DNA from: Rhizodiscina lignyota | Taxonomy: Eukaryota | Assembly: GCA_010015805.1 (NCBI GenBank) | Contig: ML978125.1 | Location: forward strand, 1,612,001 to 1,676,000 | Length of the DNA: 64,000 nucleotides | Direction of reading: 5' to 3' | Part shown: positions 62,193-64,000 of the stretch, piece by piece | How positions within the stretch are numbered: position 1 is the first letter of the stretch | Layout: every line of letters begins with the position of its first letter | Notes under the pieces: generated by a model | What the model was told of the DNA's origin: nothing | Database searches by the model: none | The model's input: only the letters and a program-made list of their open reading frames with translations | Translations under genes and position numbers: made by a program

Positions 62193-62636
62193 TGCGAATC
62201 CAAGACCAGCTCTTTAAAAATTATAGTTCTGAATACAGTCTATGAGAGACTGAACACACGATGAAAGGCGGACAAATATGAGATAAATGAGTGCATCAGT
62301 AATAGTCAACTACTCGATTTGGATAGGCCTGGTCGTCAGCGTGAACTTCATTGCATTTTTCCTCCTGTGGAACATCCACCCAAAAGCCGTTGGGAATCTT
62401 TTCGACCGTTCAACGAAACTTCTGGTTTGAGGAGCGTGTGGGGATAATCAGTGTGGGGTATGCGGGGGCGGGGTACCATGTGGGTACCTATCCACCTAGA
62501 ATGTGGGTGGCCCCGTACCCTGTCATACCGAACATGGGTGGCCATGCGCTCGAAAACTTGGCTGAGCCGCAAGACAGAAAGGTGCGCAGTTCCAACCGTT
62601 GATGACCTAGTACATCATATAATTCATGTTTACTTT

Positions 62637-64000
62637 CTACAATTGGCATTGGCTCTGCAATCTGTTGATTTTATCATGTGTCTCCACAAATTTCTTATAG
62701 TTCGGGAAGAGCTCATTTGGATCCCATTTCGCTCGGATTCGTAGGAAGCGCGCCAATGCGGTGTCAGACATCACTTTCATCTATGAACTGGATTAGCTGG
62801 ATCATACTGCCGGGGTAGTCTTAGTGCTGAACTTACGTTTGCGTCATCGCAGGTAATATCATAATCAGCAACGTACATTCCACATGCTACGGACGACAGT
62901 CGCTTGTACCGCTCTCTCATCGGCCGATAGATCGAAGGCTGAAGGGTAGGGTCTTTCCATCCTGTAAAGGTGCTGATGTATTTTTGCTGTGGTAAGCTAA
63001 ACGCTGCATCTTCCTCATCCGCTTCGATGTCTGCGATGCAAATGAAAGAAGAAGAACTTCGCGTTGGAAGCTGGCAGACGGCGGGCTTGATAGCTTCAAT
63101 CAACTACTTGCTAATCAGTATGGAGGGCCTTGGGATCTTAAAGGCCGCTTCCCTGTTCACTGGACACTAGAGATCTGGGACTCACACGCTCTATAGGGAC
63201 GGAGGGATCGTTCAAAATGCTGTTGATCTGCCAGCACTGTCCATTGCCCGATCCGCAGTACTCGTCTTGCATCTCCCACACTTTGTCCCAAGTTCTCTTT
63301 TCAACCGGTCTTTCCTCTAGAAGGCATGCTCGCAGCTCCGTGGGAATGTCGGTGTAAGCTCCTAATATTGTTTGCGCCTCTCGTTGTGTGTCACTGTAGG
63401 CCATGAGGAAAACTCCGAGGAGCAACTTCGCATCTCTGGAAACTTCGTCTGTAGCGCTCGGTGTGAACTTCTCGTCATAGAACGTCGCTATGTTCAAATC
63501 CGTCCCGAACTTCGGTGTCGCTTTGGCTCTGTCGAAGGCCCACGTCAATAACCCCTCAAACTTATCGCGAACTTCAAAGATCATCACCCTCTCCCACATC
63601 TGACTTGCAGGAATCGTTCGACCCCAGAACTTGGTGACGACGCCAAAGAATCCCGTCCCGCTTCCCCTTGCCGCCCAAAACACGTCTTGATTTTCCGTCC
63701 TGCTTGCTATCACGGCCTGTCCGTTTGGCATGACGATCTCCATCCTCGTAATCCACTGTTGGCAGGTCGCTCCCCAGCCTCGCATGAACCATCCTTGGCC
63801 CCCTGCAAGCAAGAATCCGCCCTCAGCAACCGTTGGTGCGTGGCCATGGGGGAAGAACCGTGCAATGCTGCTGAGCTTCTCAGCGAGCTCTTTGACGCGG
63901 ACAGCGGGCCCAAAACATATTTCTTGAGTGACCTTGTCATATTCGATAGCTCGATTGAGGTCTGTTGTATCAACCAATACCCCGTCATGCACCAGGGCTC
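62637..64000 (-). CDS. FAD-linked oxidoreductase (FAD_binding_4 / berberine-bridge-enzyme-like); 5' end lies beyond the right edge
   Basis: FFPHGHAPTVAEGGFLLAGGQGW, NQDVFWAARGSGTGFFGVVT and C-terminal RIRAKWDPNELF; introns near 63185 and 62836. Confidence 0.85.

Overview
Gene-dense, intron-containing chromosomal DNA from a filamentous ascomycete (Pezizomycotina; short GT..CTRAY..YAG introns throughout). About 25 protein-coding genes can be modelled by eye. Conserved genes: DNM1 (runs off the left edge), a PEBP protein, RAD17, TMA22, TRM5, a kinesin-3, PSO2/SNM1, a Borealin-like protein, RPN10, TRS23, a double-UBC E2, ERG26, PMT4, an NCS1 (Fcy2/Tpn1-type) permease and YEA4. There are also a GH78 glycosidase, two FAD monooxygenases and a BBE-like oxidoreductase (runs off the right edge). 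An orphan-rich block at about 35-44 kb includes a DUF6594-like gene and an N-terminally truncated HET-domain gene. I saw no tRNA, rRNA, transposon or CRISPR. The best leads are: (1) a 71-codon, good-context uORF with hairpins directly upstream of the NCS1 permease; (2) a protein whose folded domain appears split by a ~600-aa insert rich in GW/WG motifs and Asn; (3) a 3.3-kb ORF-poor but promoter- and splice-signal-bearing interval at 22-25.4 kb, containing diverged repeats and a perfect palindrome of the consensus 5' splice site. All family assignments come from motif recognition, not database searches.
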